Of a stretch of DNA of 64,000 bases, positions 51,738 through 60,735 are shown one piece after another. The position numbers were made by a program, and so were the translations under genes. The notes below the pieces were generated by a model, which was not told the DNA's origin, searched no databases, and saw only the letters and a list, made by a program, of their open reading frames with translations. Source of the stretch: Escherichia phage AV116; the sequence record OR352946.1; one strand, given 5' to 3'. Position 1 is the first letter of the stretch. Each line of letters begins with the position of its first letter.

Positions 51738-51760
51738 GATAGACCTCCATTTAAAGATAA

Positions 51761-51793
51761 GCCTATCATAACACGAGAGGAGGGAATGTAAAC
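51761..51793 (-). promoter_or_regulatory. T4-type early promoter (upstream of modB)
   Basis: GTTTACATTCCCTCCTCTCGTGTTATGATAGG on the minus strand. Confidence 0.5.
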
Positions 51794-51953
51794 TACTTTT
51801 TAAGCTTTCCTGCTAAAGGTCCATCAGGACCAGGTTGTTCTAACATGAATAACGATGCTTTAAAAAGCAATGTCAACCCTTTCACCATTCGATACCATGT
51901 CTCAAAGTCTTTTTCCTTGATTTCTAGTAAGAATTTCTCTTTCAATTTCTCTT

Positions 51954-52142
51954 TCATTTCCAAGGACTCCATGGTGGAGGGTCGTCATAATAAGAGGCAA
52001 GGTCTTTCAGGGCTTCAACAGGTAAACTAAAGCCGTGTCGTTGTATAATACTATCTAGTTCATCAACAAGTTCACTACGATGCACTTTAGGAGCCTCAAC
52101 TTCAGGCTCGTCAAACATACTCATAAGGTCCATATTATTCAC
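51954..52142 (-). CDS. hypothetical acidic protein
   Basis: 62-aa ORF. Confidence 0.4.
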   Translation of the reverse strand: MNNMDLMSMFDEPEVEAPKVHRSELVDELDSIIQRHGFSLPVEALKDLASYYDDPPPWSPWK

Positions 52143-52599
52143 CTAAATAAAAACTAGGCTGCTCGGAGAATGTTTCTAGCGCTACACCTTTTGTCTTAAA
52201 AAATTTCCAAATAGCTCGTTGCAAATGGATTAAATCTGCTAATGATGTAATAAAGTATTTTTTGGCAAAATACTTATGGTCTCGCTTTTCAAACAAGTCT
52301 AAACGCTTTTCAGGATTCACATAAACTGCATTTTCCGTAGATTCATAACCTAAGTCCTTTATGCCTTCTTCAAGACTAAACGGAGAATTTTTAGAACGAG
52401 TAATAGCTCCAACTCGCTCTACACGAATTTTGTAACCTTTAGGAATCTGCAATTTGCAGAATTCTTCTATGATATATTGCGGATTATTTAGACTTTTGTT
52501 AATGAGAATAGCTATTTCTAGTGGAGTCTTATCTTCCACTGGTATATGTTTAAATGACTTGGCTTCAAGCAAATACATTTTAAATAACATAGCATCCAT
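52135..52599 (-). CDS. hypothetical protein (mrh-region)
   Basis: 154-aa ORF. Confidence 0.4.
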   Translation of the reverse strand: MDAMLFKMYLLEAKSFKHIPVEDKTPLEIAILINKSLNNPQYIIEEFCKLQIPKGYKIRVERVGAITRSKNSPFSLEEGIKDLGYESTENAVYVNPEKRLDLFEKRDHKYFAKKYFITSLADLIHLQRAIWKFFKTKGVALETFSEQPSFYLGE

Positions 52600-52805
52600 T
52601 ATAATTTCCTCGATGGTTCACCCATATAAAGTTTTACAATATGTTCGCCTTCATCTTCGACGAGCTTTTCTTCATGTTTCTGGAATTCTTTAGCCATATT
52701 CTCTTCAAGAACATCCAGCCAATCTTCTGGACCGACACCATCGTCCCAGCTTTTAAACCATTTAACTATCTTGTTCATTCGCAGCTCCCTGAGCTTGAAC
52801 CACAA
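52599..52805 (-). CDS. hypothetical protein
   Basis: 68-aa ORF. Confidence 0.4.
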   Translation of the reverse strand: MWFKLRELRMNKIVKWFKSWDDGVGPEDWLDVLEENMAKEFQKHEEKLVEDEGEHIVKLYMGEPSRKL

Positions 52806-53086
52806 TCAGAATAACTTGACCCAGAATCACCAGGCCAAGACGATACGTATGAATGATTATAATCGGAAGAGCTTGAAGCAGACTTAGGACGAATAACTTC
52901 TTCCATCATGCCGTCACCAATGTATTCCCAACTTTTTTCGTGTGTATCAGGAATAGGCATCATACCTTCGCCTGGTTTAACAGCAAACAACTTCTTCAGC
53001 ATCGTAAGCATTAATTGTTCCTCGAACAAAACGAACACCACCGTCATCCCAACGGATTTCGACATTAAATTTGACGTCTTCACCAT
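52775..53086 (-). CDS. hypothetical protein with Ser/Gly/Cys-rich C-terminal tail
   Basis: 103-aa ORF; low-complexity tail SASSSSDYNHSYVSSWPGDSGSSYSDCGSSSGSCE. Confidence 0.35.
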   Translation of the reverse strand: MVKTSNLMSKSVGMTVVFVLFEEQLMLTMLKKLFAVKPGEGMMPIPDTHEKSWEYIGDGMMEEVIRPKSASSSSDYNHSYVSSWPGDSGSSYSDCGSSSGSCE

Positions 53087-53204
53087 CCATCATGAATGAG
53101 TGTACGACTACATCATCGTAATATCCAAGACCGTATTTCAACGAAACTTCTTGAGCAATCAAAGCACCTAATGTGTTATTAGGTTTAATCCAACGATTTA
53201 ACAT
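52977..53204 (-). CDS. hypothetical protein (start moved to internal Met)
   Basis: Early promoter 53231..53262 lies inside the longer ORF; AAGAGGAG RBS precedes the ATG at 53204. Confidence 0.4.
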   Translation of the reverse strand: MLNRWIKPNNTLGALIAQEVSLKYGLGYYDDVVVHSFMMDGEDVKFNVEIRWDDGGVRFVRGTINAYDAEEVVCC

Positions 53205-53270
53205 ATTGTTCTCCTCTTGAGTAAGTAAGAATATCTTAACACAGTTTTTAGTGGTTGTAAACTGTAGAAA

Positions 53271-53297
53271 CAAAAAAAGGAATCCCGAAGGATTCCT
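53271..53297 (-). terminator. intrinsic terminator downstream of soc
   Basis: AGGAATCCTTCGGGATTCCT hairpin followed by UUUUUUU on the minus strand. Confidence 0.7.
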
Positions 53298-53305
53298 TAA
53301 ATTAT

Positions 53306-53542
53306 TTAACCACTTACTGATGTAGGGGTAAACATTGCAGCGTTCTTAGTTTTCCAAGTTGCTGCATCAGAAACGACATCAGAATAAGCTGCCTTTTCTG
53401 ACGGAAAGATTTGGTAATGAGAATCTGCAATCCGATGTTCGTTTGAATAAATCTCAAACGGTACAGAAACTTCCATACCTTTGACTTCTTTGCCTTCACC
53501 AGCCGGACGTGTAAAGGTTTTGATATTAACGTAACCACCCAT
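53306..53542 (-). CDS. soc: small outer capsid protein Soc
   Basis: 78 aa; GYVNIKTF and YQIFPSEKAAYS blocks match recalled T4 Soc; TATAAATA late promoter at 53574..53581; terminator downstream. Confidence 0.8.
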   Translation of the reverse strand: MGGYVNIKTFTRPAGEGKEVKGMEVSVPFEIYSNEHRIADSHYQIFPSEKAAYSDVVSDAATWKTKNAAMFTPTSVSG

Positions 53543-53573
53543 AATTAACTCCTTTGTTGTTTAATTACAGGTG

Positions 53574-53581
53574 TATTTATA
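53574..53581 (-). promoter_or_regulatory. late promoter TATAAATA upstream of soc
   Basis: Exact TATAAATA on the minus strand about 30 nt upstream of the soc ATG. Confidence 0.6.
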
Positions 53582-53587
53582 ACTTAA

Positions 53588-54109
53588 TCAGTAACCATTA
53601 TCCTGACGTTCAAAGTTGTGTTGGTTTTTCAAGTAGTAAAGTTTAAAGATTTCTTCAGCGGAAAGACCCAAACCTTGGAACATATTCAGAACAAAGTGGA
53701 GAATATCAATCATCTCGAATTTAATTTCAAGCTGGTCTTCAGGAGACAGTTCATCGATACGACGATTACGATATTCAGCATGTTGTGCTTTCCATGGCTT
53801 CCACACAGAGCTGGCAGCTTTTTCACCGTTGGACATACCACCGAGTGAAGTCAGCAGTTCACGGAATTCATCATCAATATAATCTTTCTGATTACGCAGC
53901 CAATCAACAACATCACCGGCAGTAGCCAATTCATCAGGATGTTTGTTATGTTCAGGCTTGTCATTTGCCAGACGAACCTGTAAAGATTTCTGCATATCAA
54001 GCATTACCTGCAGTGGGTCTTTATCTTCGTGAATCAGAGCATTAAAATAAGCTTCTTCTGCTTTATCAACACCAGAAATAAGTTGTGAACATTCGTTAAA
54101 GTGTGCCAT
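53588..54109 (-). CDS. 56: dCTP pyrophosphatase gp56 (MazG-like); start at MAHFNECSQL
   Basis: MAHFNECSQLISGVDKAEEAY...SPEDQLEIKFEMIDILHFVLNMF matches recalled T4 gp56. Confidence 0.8.
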   Translation of the reverse strand: MAHFNECSQLISGVDKAEEAYFNALIHEDKDPLQVMLDMQKSLQVRLANDKPEHNKHPDELATAGDVVDWLRNQKDYIDDEFRELLTSLGGMSNGEKAASSVWKPWKAQHAEYRNRRIDELSPEDQLEIKFEMIDILHFVLNMFQGLGLSAEEIFKLYYLKNQHNFERQDNGY

Positions 54110-54198
54110 TATTTTTCCTTTCAATTCAGTATAAGAGAGTTAATTCTAACATTAATTTTATAAAGCGTAATAAATAATAAGGTAACTAAGGAGATATT

Positions 54199-54396
54199 AT
54201 GTTTAAACTTCCATCGTTAATCAACGCTATTAAAGGCAATAAAAAGAAAACTGCTATCGCTGCAATAGTTGTAGGTGGCATTATTTCATGGAACTTCGGG
54301 ATTGCACCATTGTTAGTTGCCAATGGTATTATAGTTCCTTCTGTTCCATTGGATACTGTAGTTGATTTGGCCTTTGCTATTATAGGGCTTGTTTAA
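54199..54396 (+). CDS. small hydrophobic protein on the opposite strand between genes 56 and 61
   Basis: 65 codons; strong RBS TAAGGAGATATTATG; predicted TM segments (IAAIVVGGIISWNFGIAPLLVANGIIV). Confidence 0.4.
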   Translation: MFKLPSLINAIKGNKKKTAIAAIVVGGIISWNFGIAPLLVANGIIVPSVPLDTVVDLAFAIIGLV

Positions 54397-55415
54397 ATCT
54401 TCGAATAACGAGATAATCTCATTTTAGCATGCAACCCACTTGAAATATTCTGTTTCATATATTCTAAAATTTCTTGTGGTGTTGCATTTTCTTTCATTAC
54501 CATATCATTCACATCCTTTGAACTCCATGGAGCTCGGTCCCAGAACATGACACGTTCGCCTGCATCAACTAATCGCTTCATGCGAGCTATAGTATCCGGA
54601 TGCCTAGGTTCATTATCCATTACCCATACCCGACGTTCTTTAAATGGTACCACATCTAAATCTATCGAGCCGCCTGTAATAGCGATTGCATTGGGTATGA
54701 ATAAACTATCAATAGGGCCTTCCATTACCCAGACGTCCCCTTCCTTAACACGTTCAACACCATAAATTTTTGTTGCAGACTCAAACGCTTTAATAGTGAT
54801 ATATTTCTGAGGAGCATCTTTACGAAGTGCACGTCCTTGGAATGACTCGGCCTTCCCATCTTTATTAAAAATAGGAATAACTAAACGTGGTTCGGGAATC
54901 TCTTTCTTATACGTACCAGGTTGAATCTTGTTGACCAATTTGGGCCATTCTAATGTGAACCATAATCTGTTCCATGATTCTTTAGGAATACACCGAGACT
55001 TAACATATTTCACAATAGGATGCTCTTCAGGCAACTTGTCTAGACGAGAACAAGACGGCAAAGAATTTATAGTCTTTTTCTCCGGTTCTGGTTTATGTTC
55101 AGGAACCTTTTCAATCTTTGGTTCCATTCTAGCTTTTTCTTTACGAACTTCCATTAGATATTCGCGATAAAGCTCTTCATCATACTCTTTTAAGTATCCG
55201 GAAATTGTATTATGGTATTGACAGTTATAGCAATGTACATTACCAGGAGTACCGCCATAATACCAACCGCGAGCTTTCATTGCATCTGTCTGAGAGTCGC
55301 CACAAACTGGACATCGAAATGTTAATTTAAATGTGCTTGAATTATTGATTTGTCTAAAACGAGGTAGGTGAGAAAACGCACGATAAGCAAATTCATTATC
55401 TATCCATTCAGCCAT
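54393..55415 (-). CDS. 61: DNA primase gp61
   Basis: 340 aa; N-terminal zinc ribbon CPVCGDS...CYNC; close match to recalled T4 gp61. Confidence 0.9.
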   Translation of the reverse strand: MAEWIDNEFAYRAFSHLPRFRQINNSSTFKLTFRCPVCGDSQTDAMKARGWYYGGTPGNVHCYNCQYHNTISGYLKEYDEELYREYLMEVRKEKARMEPKIEKVPEHKPEPEKKTINSLPSCSRLDKLPEEHPIVKYVKSRCIPKESWNRLWFTLEWPKLVNKIQPGTYKKEIPEPRLVIPIFNKDGKAESFQGRALRKDAPQKYITIKAFESATKIYGVERVKEGDVWVMEGPIDSLFIPNAIAITGGSIDLDVVPFKERRVWVMDNEPRHPDTIARMKRLVDAGERVMFWDRAPWSSKDVNDMVMKENATPQEILEYMKQNISSGLHAKMRLSRYSKI

Positions 55416-55454
55416 AGTATTCTCCAGAGGCCTTAAATTAATAAGGCCATCTTA

Positions 55455-55949
55455 TCACAACTTATTAATATTTACTTTAATTCGCTTTCTTTTCTTGGAA
55501 GGAATTTGTTCTGGACCTTTATTTACGACTGCACCTGTAGTAGTTCCTGATGCAATAGCTTGAGGGCTGCCACCTGAATCACCAGCAACCATATCCTCAA
55601 ATAAAGGGAGTTCTTTAAATATTTCTTTCTGTTGTTCTTCAGTAATGTTATAGCGTGAAGCTACAGCACTCCAAGCAGACATCATTGAGGCCATTCCATT
55701 AAGACCCGGAACAGTGCTCATCATTCGCTTCATTGAACGAACTGAAGCATGAAAAGGTGTATAAGCCGCTTTCTCTTCAGGAGTAGAAGGACGTTTAAGA
55801 ACACTTCCACGTTCATCGATGATTTTGGCTTCGTATGCTTTCCATTCGGTAAAAGGTTTTTGCATTAGTCGAATAAACTTATATGCATAAACAGAATCTA
55901 TTGCAGTGTTAATAATACCCATAGGTACCTCCTGAGTATATTTAATCAA
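55455..55949 (-). CDS. hypothetical protein (61.1 position)
   Basis: 164-aa ORF. Confidence 0.45.
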   Translation of the reverse strand: MIKYTQEVPMGIINTAIDSVYAYKFIRLMQKPFTEWKAYEAKIIDERGSVLKRPSTPEEKAAYTPFHASVRSMKRMMSTVPGLNGMASMMSAWSAVASRYNITEEQQKEIFKELPLFEDMVAGDSGGSPQAIASGTTTGAVVNKGPEQIPSKKRKRIKVNINKL

Positions 55950-56139
55950 TTACAAAGATTGCTTTGTCACCATTTATATCTGTGACTTCATATGTAGTGC
56001 CTTCATACTGTGGAATATTCCAAATTACACCGTCATTAGCTTTTACGCTAATATGGCATTGGTGTTTTGAAACAACTTCATAATCTTCAAAACTTGTAAA
56101 AACACTAATTTTAGAACCAGTGCAAATTGCAGTAGTCAT
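55942..56139 (-). CDS. hypothetical protein
   Basis: 65-aa ORF. Confidence 0.4.
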   Translation of the reverse strand: MTTAICTGSKISVFTSFEDYEVVSKHQCHISVKANDGVIWNIPQYEGTTYEVTDINGDKAIFVID

Positions 56140-56140
56140 T

Positions 56141-56800
56141 TTAACCTCGATTCATAAATGCATTAAATATTTGGTCATCAACAGAAATTTCTAATTCGAC
56201 TTCAATTGCTTCAGCCTTTTCTTCAGGTGGTAATTCGTATCCACACACTACAATTTTTTCATCGATATCAAAATATACAGAAGCAATACGATTAATGTTA
56301 TTTTCAGTTAAGTCTAAATCAACATCAACATCTTTTTGATCTACACTTAAAGGATAACTAATACGGGTTATTTTATTATCTTTAACAAAGAGTCCGCCAA
56401 CGTACTCTGTACTACGTTTGAAGTTTACACGTTTCCGAATTGAAAGATATGATACATCTTTACCGTGAGCTCGGCTCATAGGACATAATGAATAGCTAGA
56501 ATAAGAGATGTCAAATCCTACACCTTCAATATGAGCCAACGTGTCATGATTAAACCAATTATAATCATATGCCAAATCCATTATATTGTAATATGTGAAA
56601 GGCACAGGATTAACATCATATGTTGTACCTTTAAAATCTGCCCAGGCAACGATTTCGTTATCTTTAACAATTACAAAAATTACACCAATATGGTATCCGT
56701 TATTATTTTCATTCGGCGTTATATTATAACATTGTGCATTAGGAAATTTACCATATTTAAATGGCGCATTTTTGTGCATATAATAAATCATATTATTCAC
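56141..56800 (-). CDS. hypothetical protein
   Basis: 219-aa ORF. Confidence 0.45.
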   Translation of the reverse strand: MNNMIYYMHKNAPFKYGKFPNAQCYNITPNENNNGYHIGVIFVIVKDNEIVAWADFKGTTYDVNPVPFTYYNIMDLAYDYNWFNHDTLAHIEGVGFDISYSSYSLCPMSRAHGKDVSYLSIRKRVNFKRSTEYVGGLFVKDNKITRISYPLSVDQKDVDVDLDLTENNINRIASVYFDIDEKIVVCGYELPPEEKAEAIEVELEISVDDQIFNAFMNRG

Positions 56801-57086
56801 CTGTGATTTCGGTTACGATATCTTTGTTATCGAAATTAGGGTCACAATACAAAACATAGTTGTACTGCATGATACCGCCAGACTTAAGTTGTTCAACAAC
56901 TTTATTAACCATATTAGGACGGTCTCGTTTAGTGATGTTCATGATATCAGAGAAGATTTGTTGTTCAACATCTTCTTGATTTGCAGTCATTGACCACTCA
57001 CAGAGGTCTTTATCATAACCTGCCGTAACTGGAGCCGGTGCACATGATACTGCAAGTAAGATTGCTGCCAATGATAACTTTTTCAT
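56793..57086 (-). CDS. sp: spackle periplasmic protein (superinfection exclusion, inhibitor of gp5 lysozyme)
   Basis: 97 aa with signal peptide; AGYDKDLCEWSMTA...KRDRP...LKSGG.MQYNYVLYCD matches recalled T4 Sp. Confidence 0.75.
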   Translation of the reverse strand: MKKLSLAAILLAVSCAPAPVTAGYDKDLCEWSMTANQEDVEQQIFSDIMNITKRDRPNMVNKVVEQLKSGGIMQYNYVLYCDPNFDNKDIVTEITGE

Positions 57087-57111
57087 TTTAACTCCTTAGT
57101 TGATTTGATAG

Positions 57112-57145
57112 GACTACTATACTATAGTCCATCTATAATGTAAAC
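57112..57145 (-). promoter_or_regulatory. T4-type early promoter (upstream of sp)
   Basis: GTTTACATTATAGATGGACTATAGTATAGTAG on the minus strand. Confidence 0.5.
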
Positions 57146-57149
57146 AAGT

Positions 57150-57398
57150 TTATTCTTTTTCGCGAATAATAATTACTTGTTGAGGCTGCTGAGCAGATTT
57201 CTTTTCGGCAACGATAGACCAAATTAAAGTTCCAATCCAACCAATCATCGTCCAGTTAAAGAGTAAAGATACAAAGAAGATTGCTGTTGTGCTTTTTGTG
57301 CCACGAATAAGTGCTATTACCCAAGGCAACATGTAAATGATGATTGAACCAATACCTGCGATTAAAACTGCTACTGAACTAGCTACGAATAATTCCAT
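57150..57398 (-). CDS. superinfection-immunity (Imm) family membrane protein
   Basis: 82 aa, two TM helices; YMLPWVIALIRGTK...LFNWTMIGWIGTLIWSI resembles the Imm_superinfect family consensus. Confidence 0.55.
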   Translation of the reverse strand: MELFVASSVAVLIAGIGSIIIYMLPWVIALIRGTKSTTAIFFVSLLFNWTMIGWIGTLIWSIVAEKKSAQQPQQVIIIREKE

Positions 57399-57402
57399 GT
57401 TA

Positions 57403-57436
57403 ATTTCCTCTTGATTTGTTATGTTTATAGTATCTT
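57403..57436 (-). promoter_or_regulatory. T4-type early promoter (upstream of imm-like gene)
   Basis: GTTTACACCAAAGTTAAAACAAGATACTATAAAC on the minus strand. Confidence 0.5.
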
Positions 57437-57459
57437 GTTTTAACTTTGGTGTAAACCAA

Positions 57460-57828
57460 TTAATTAAATTTGTTTAAACGTTCAATACACTGGACGTAGT
57501 TATTCGCGATTTGTTTCTGGGTAGGCTCTTTACCAGTTGTTTCAACATAGCGAATGAATGCGATTTCAGTAGCCTGTAAACAATGCTCTTTAACACGTTG
57601 TTCTTTTGACATAGCTACAGTATCAGAATCACGATAACGTTGAGCATGAGCATCAGCTTGAATCATTCGATTACCTACAGTAACCGGGTCTTCCACTTCA
57701 ACTTTAGGTTGGTCGTACTGTTTAACATTCGGATTGTAAATCAGTTGGCCGACGTTATTAGGGATAAAGCCATGAGCACCACATCCGGTTAATCCAAATA
57801 CCATTGCTAAAGCGATTAATTTTTTCAT
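57460..57828 (-). CDS. putative lipoprotein
   Basis: 122 aa; signal peptide with lipobox LTGC. Confidence 0.5.
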   Translation of the reverse strand: MKKLIALAMVFGLTGCGAHGFIPNNVGQLIYNPNVKQYDQPKVEVEDPVTVGNRMIQADAHAQRYRDSDTVAMSKEQRVKEHCLQATEIAFIRYVETTGKEPTQKQIANNYVQCIERLNKFN

Positions 57829-57853
57829 TTCAATTTCCTCTGTAGTTGATAGA

Positions 57854-57886
57854 AAGATAGTAACACAGTATGTGGGGCTTGTAAAC
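57854..57886 (-). promoter_or_regulatory. T4-type early promoter
   Basis: GTTTACAAGCCCCACATACTGTGTTACTATCTT on the minus strand. Confidence 0.5.
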
Positions 57887-57899
57887 AGTTATTTTAAAA

Positions 57900-58088
57900 T
57901 TATCGAAAATCTGCTTCGAAAACTTTCTCATCATTAACAAATGCTTTAACTAATGCGTTGTTCACTTCAGCAAGTTGTACCGCAACCCACTCGATTTCTT
58001 CACGATCACCTGATAACATGATATCTTTAGTGAACATCTCGCCGCTTTTAAACCAACCGATAAAAGTAACTTTAGTTAATTTGCTCAT
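57900..58088 (-). CDS. dmd: Dmd antitoxin (discriminator of mRNA degradation); start at MSKLTKV
   Basis: VTFIGWFKSGEMFTKDIM...AEVNNALVKAFVNDEKV matches recalled T4 Dmd (60 aa). Confidence 0.65.
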   Translation of the reverse strand: MSKLTKVTFIGWFKSGEMFTKDIMLSGDREEIEWVAVQLAEVNNALVKAFVNDEKVFEADFR

Positions 58089-58402
58089 ATTTCCTCGCAA
58101 AATGCCCATTCAGCGTGATAAACTGTAGCACCTTTAGTGTCATTCATTTGAACTACATCTACCGGAGAAATTACTCGATAGAGACGTGGTTCACCTCCAT
58201 AAGAGCGTGCTGCTCGTCCTGCATAAATCTTTGCTAAACCGATATCTTCAGTAAAGAATACACGATCCAAGTTTTTCTTACGTCCAGTTTCAGACAGAAC
58301 TCCTGTTTCTTCAGGAGGACAAAGCATGTTTTCGATGTTAGCTGAACTACTTGAACCGTGATAAAAAATCTTAAATTCTGCTTTACAATCGATGGTTTTC
58401 AT
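58085..58402 (-). CDS. hypothetical protein
   Basis: 105-aa ORF with early promoter 58423..58457. Confidence 0.45.
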   Translation of the reverse strand: MKTIDCKAEFKIFYHGSSSSANIENMLCPPEETGVLSETGRKKNLDRVFFTEDIGLAKIYAGRAARSYGGEPRLYRVISPVDVVQMNDTKGATVYHAEWAFCEEI

Positions 58403-58422
58403 TTTGTTCTCCAGTAGTTGAT

Positions 58423-58457
58423 AGGTCTATAATAACACAACTACTGGAGAAGTAAAC
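58423..58457 (-). promoter_or_regulatory. T4-type early promoter
   Basis: GTTTACTTCTCCAGTAGTTGTGTTATTATAGACC on the minus strand. Confidence 0.5.
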
Positions 58458-58832
58458 TTAAAAACGTAATTTAGATATATCTGCGTTGATTTCGTTTTGG
58501 TTTGCGTCGTATGCAATTAAACGAACCGCTTTAGATGGGTCATTCAATGCATAGAAATGATGGAACATTGCTCGAACGATATCACCATTTACGAGTTCTA
58601 CCTGGATAGGAGAACCTTTTTCGAGTTGGAAATGTTCATAAGCTTTGATGGTTCGTAGATAATCAAGTTTTTGATTTCCGGCTCCAACTATTTGTACGAT
58701 ACGTTTGCCCATGTTTTCCATACGAGATACAATAGTTTTAGGAGCAAGAATAACGTAGGTTGCCAGCGGAGAAACTACTTCAACAGTTGTGTTTTCGGTG
58801 ATTGCAGTAAAAATTGCTTGAGACATATTCAT
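58458..58832 (-). CDS. hypothetical protein
   Basis: 124-aa ORF with early promoter 58858..58891. Confidence 0.45.
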   Translation of the reverse strand: MNMSQAIFTAITENTTVEVVSPLATYVILAPKTIVSRMENMGKRIVQIVGAGNQKLDYLRTIKAYEHFQLEKGSPIQVELVNGDIVRAMFHHFYALNDPSKAVRLIAYDANQNEINADISKLRF

Positions 58833-58897
58833 AATGTTTTCCTCTTGGTTGGTGTAAGTACATCATATCATGCCTAGAGGAAGATGTAAACCCCGAA

Positions 58898-58915
58898 AGG
58901 AGACCGAAGTCTCCT
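58898..58915. terminator. GC hairpin AGGAGACCGAAGTCTCCT immediately downstream of gene 41
   Basis: Same hairpin family; U-run is stronger on the plus strand, so orientation of function is ambiguous. Confidence 0.45.
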
Positions 58916-58920
58916 TTTTA

Positions 58921-60363
58921 TTAAAATTTTAACTCGTTGGCTAAGCTATCTAGGTCAGCACGTGTTGCTTTGGCTTTACCTACGCGTTCCGTACGATTCA
59001 CCTCTGCCTGACGCATCTGAGCACCTGCGTTTTCATTTACTGTGTTAGGTGTGTTCATGCCTTCTTGCTCAATCTCAACCCATTTCTGATTGCCTTTACG
59101 TACACCCATCAGGAATTTATTCCACTTATTCTTATCACCATATCGTGATTTGATTTGTTTGATAAGTTGTTGTTCAGCTTGTGCAAGTTCTTCGGTTTCA
59201 ATTACGGCCAACATGAAATCTGCCGTTGCTGGTAAACCTGCTGATTCTGCAATATCACTCATGTTCATGTCTGAAGCATCCCATGCTGCACGTCCTACTT
59301 GAGCTGCAGTCCATAGAACTGTTTCAGATTCTACTGCTAATGCACGAAGTTCTTCTGCGATAGCTTTAACTAATGTGTAGCTATTTTCAGTGTAAACTCT
59401 GATACGACAAGACCCACAAATACCTAAGTAATCAACCATGATTACAGATGGCACAAAGTTCTTCTTGAGTTTCAATTCATTAAGCAATGCACGGAATGTA
59501 TTAGCATTAGCTCCGCCAGTAGGATACTGTTTAACTACTAAACGTCCTAATGTGGATTTTGAACGCCATTTTTCCATCTTGGCTTTATATTCAGCATAAG
59601 ATACGTTACCATCATCAATATCATCGAGCGATACGTCAAGCATGTTTGCATCTATACGCTTAGCACAAACTTCTTCAGCCATTTCCATAGAAATATAAAG
59701 AACATTATGACCTGTTTGAAGATAATCTGCAGCAAGTGAACAAAGGCCTAAAGATTTACCAACGTTAACACCGGCCATTAAAACATTCAGTGTACCGGTT
59801 TCAGCACCACCTTTAGTGATTTTATTCAAAATGTTTAATTTGAACGGGACCTTACGTGCTTTGTTCAGATAAGAAAGCCAGCGTGCTTCATAGTCTTCCA
59901 TCCAGTCATGTCCAACATAACTATCGAACGAAATTGAAAGTGCTTGACGCATAATATCAGGAATAGCTCCTACGTCAGGCATTTTCTTGTTACGTTGTTC
60001 TGGAGGTAGTTCAGCATTAGACTGAATCTCAATGATTTTGGACGTAGCATTATACATCGCTTTTTGCTGGACATATTTCTCAGTTTCTTTAACCAACCAT
60101 TCATGGTCTTCAGGAATATCAGCCAATTTTTCAATTAGGTCTGAAGTTCCTTTATATTCGGCTTCAGTTAAAGAACTGTTATCTAAAGCCACCTTTAATG
60201 CATTGATAGATGGCATTGCATTATATTCATTAACGTGGCTCTTTATAATTTTAAAGACGTTTTTTGCCGGTCCACGCTCAAAATACTCAGAATCCATATA
60301 AGGCCATACCTTAGAAAAATAAGCCTGGTCGTATACTAGATGAGACAAAATAATTTCTACCAC
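58921..60363 (-). CDS. 41: replicative DNA helicase gp41 (DnaB family)
   Basis: 480 aa; Walker A GVNVGKS; matches recalled T4 gp41. Confidence 0.9.
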   Translation of the reverse strand: MVEIILSHLVYDQAYFSKVWPYMDSEYFERGPAKNVFKIIKSHVNEYNAMPSINALKVALDNSSLTEAEYKGTSDLIEKLADIPEDHEWLVKETEKYVQQKAMYNATSKIIEIQSNAELPPEQRNKKMPDVGAIPDIMRQALSISFDSYVGHDWMEDYEARWLSYLNKARKVPFKLNILNKITKGGAETGTLNVLMAGVNVGKSLGLCSLAADYLQTGHNVLYISMEMAEEVCAKRIDANMLDVSLDDIDDGNVSYAEYKAKMEKWRSKSTLGRLVVKQYPTGGANANTFRALLNELKLKKNFVPSVIMVDYLGICGSCRIRVYTENSYTLVKAIAEELRALAVESETVLWTAAQVGRAAWDASDMNMSDIAESAGLPATADFMLAVIETEELAQAEQQLIKQIKSRYGDKNKWNKFLMGVRKGNQKWVEIEQEGMNTPNTVNENAGAQMRQAEVNRTERVGKAKATRADLDSLANELKF

Positions 60364-60372
60364 GATAACTCC

Positions 60373-60735
60373 TTAAAAGAATTTAAATTTTTTCTTGGTT
60401 CGTTCATTAAAAGCTTGTTGTACTTGCATTGTAACACATTTTTCAACATGTGGTGCAAGTTCTGCTTTTCTGTCCTGGTCAAGAACTGCAAAGTCCATTA
60501 CGATTTTACCATCAACCCAGTCTAGTTTTGTAATATAGACTATATGATGGGAACCGTCTTCAAGTGTAATCAGAATCTCTTGAATGACATTTTCCATTGC
60601 TGAACGGATAATTTTAAGAGATTCATTAAACACTCGTTCTTTGCGAATGTCCTCCCCTTCCGAAGAAGGGGATTCATCAACGATTTCTAGATTTAAATCA
60701 TCGAGATTATTCATCGAAATCTTCCATTTCGTCAA
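60373..60735 (-). CDS. 40: gp40-like protein (head assembly accessory), probable
   Basis: 120-aa ORF between uvsX and 41 as in T4. Confidence 0.55.
   Translation of the reverse strand: MTKWKISMNNLDDLNLEIVDESPSSEGEDIRKERVFNESLKIIRSAMENVIQEILITLEDGSHHIVYITKLDWVDGKIVMDFAVLDQDRKAELAPHVEKCVTMQVQQAFNERTKKKFKFF

Noticed and set aside
54159-54176. Late promoter upstream of the plus-strand small ORF
   Set aside because: Sequences are TATAAAG and AATAAATA rather than exact TATAAATA; kept only as a remark in the finding, not as a feature
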